Positions 63,222 to 64,000 of a stretch of 64,000 nucleotides of DNA are shown here, piece after piece (position 1 is the stretch's first letter; each line of letters begins with the position of its first letter). The notes beneath the pieces were generated by a model, which worked only from the letters and a program-made list of their open reading frames with translations, was not told where the DNA came from and made no database searches. This stretch comes from Lingula anatina (lineage: Eukaryota; Animalia; Brachiopoda): contig CM120640.1 in assembly GCA_051362555.1 (NCBI GenBank), positions 64,644,788 to 64,708,787 of the forward strand. Direction: 5' to 3'. The position numbers were made by a program, and so were the translations under genes.

Positions 63222-63283
63222 AATCAATGTCTTCAGTTATTATTACTTTATCAATCGATGTCTTCAGTTATTATTACTCCATC
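63222..63283. repeat. 31-bp tandem duplication
   Basis: AATC(A/G)ATGTCTTCAGTTATTATTACT(TT/CC)ATC, two copies. Confidence 0.9.
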
Positions 63284-64000
63284 CAGTCGTTCTAATTTAC
63301 ATGTGTCTGTTTTCTTGAGAGGTTAGTGAAGCACTCACGAATGTGTAGAAAACAAAGATTCGTTCCGTTTCACAAAATAAGTCTCAGTTGTCAGTTCTTA
63401 TAAAGACTTACATTCCTGATGCTATTAAGATAAGTTTATTATATAACATTTAGCCTGAAATTTGAAAAGGAAATCAGAACCATTGATCATTTTAACTAAA
63501 CATATAATGCAAAATCCCGTCTATGATTTCGTCTCACTAATCCTACCTAGGAAAATAACAAAAAGGTCAAAATGGCGCGTACATGGTTGGTTTTTTCTTT
63601 TTCATTGATACCATTAACATTGGTACGTTGCAGGATTTACGTTCAATTTAAACACAATAGGATGTCTTCTACTTGATATGACATTTTGTCGAATTATCTT
63701 ATAAATTGATTATGAAGGCTAATCAAAAATATATTTATTCTTTTATTCACGGCAGCCGTGCGTTTTTTATTGGCAGGTGTCTCATACGACGTGATGTTTG
63801 CGTTTTGAGAGGTCTCACTAGGTCCTGAATTTACAGAAATAAGTAGCTGATTTTCTTCGCCAGGGTTGCCTTCGTAAATGTAGTTATTGTCAAAACTTTT
63901 GTACCGACAATAATAGTGATTCGATGCCGGAGGCGATGCTTCGGGGTTCTTTGCGTTATAAAATTTGTTCAAAATAAATTGTCGTCTGCTTTTACGACAT

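Overview
AT-rich eukaryotic (metazoan) genomic DNA with GT-AG introns; repeat types and gene content suggest a lophotrochozoan such as a mollusc (inference). From start to end: (1) the 3' part of a Helentron-associated (HINE/Pearl-like) non-autonomous element with two internal tandem arrays; (2) a complete 24-coding-exon Nup153 gene on the minus strand; (3) head-to-head with it, a cGAS-like/Mab-21 nucleotidyltransferase (cGLR) with intact catalytic motifs, a very large insertion and a -1 frameshift; (4) an intronless coiled-coil ORF with RPxT repeats; (5) two convergent intronless single-pass membrane proteins that resemble KCNE (MinK/MiRP) K+ channel beta-subunits; (6) a two-exon vesicular GABA/glycine transporter (VGAT/SLC32A1); (7) an orphan 391-aa ORF; (8) about 21 kb of mostly non-coding DNA containing, at about 50.8-53.2 kb, what looks like a heavily decayed endogenous bunyavirus-like L (RdRp) sequence. 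The most notable items are the invertebrate KCNE-like pair next to VGAT, the putative fossil RNA-virus polymerase, and the frameshifted cGLR. All homology calls are by-eye motif comparisons against remembered sequences; no database search was run.
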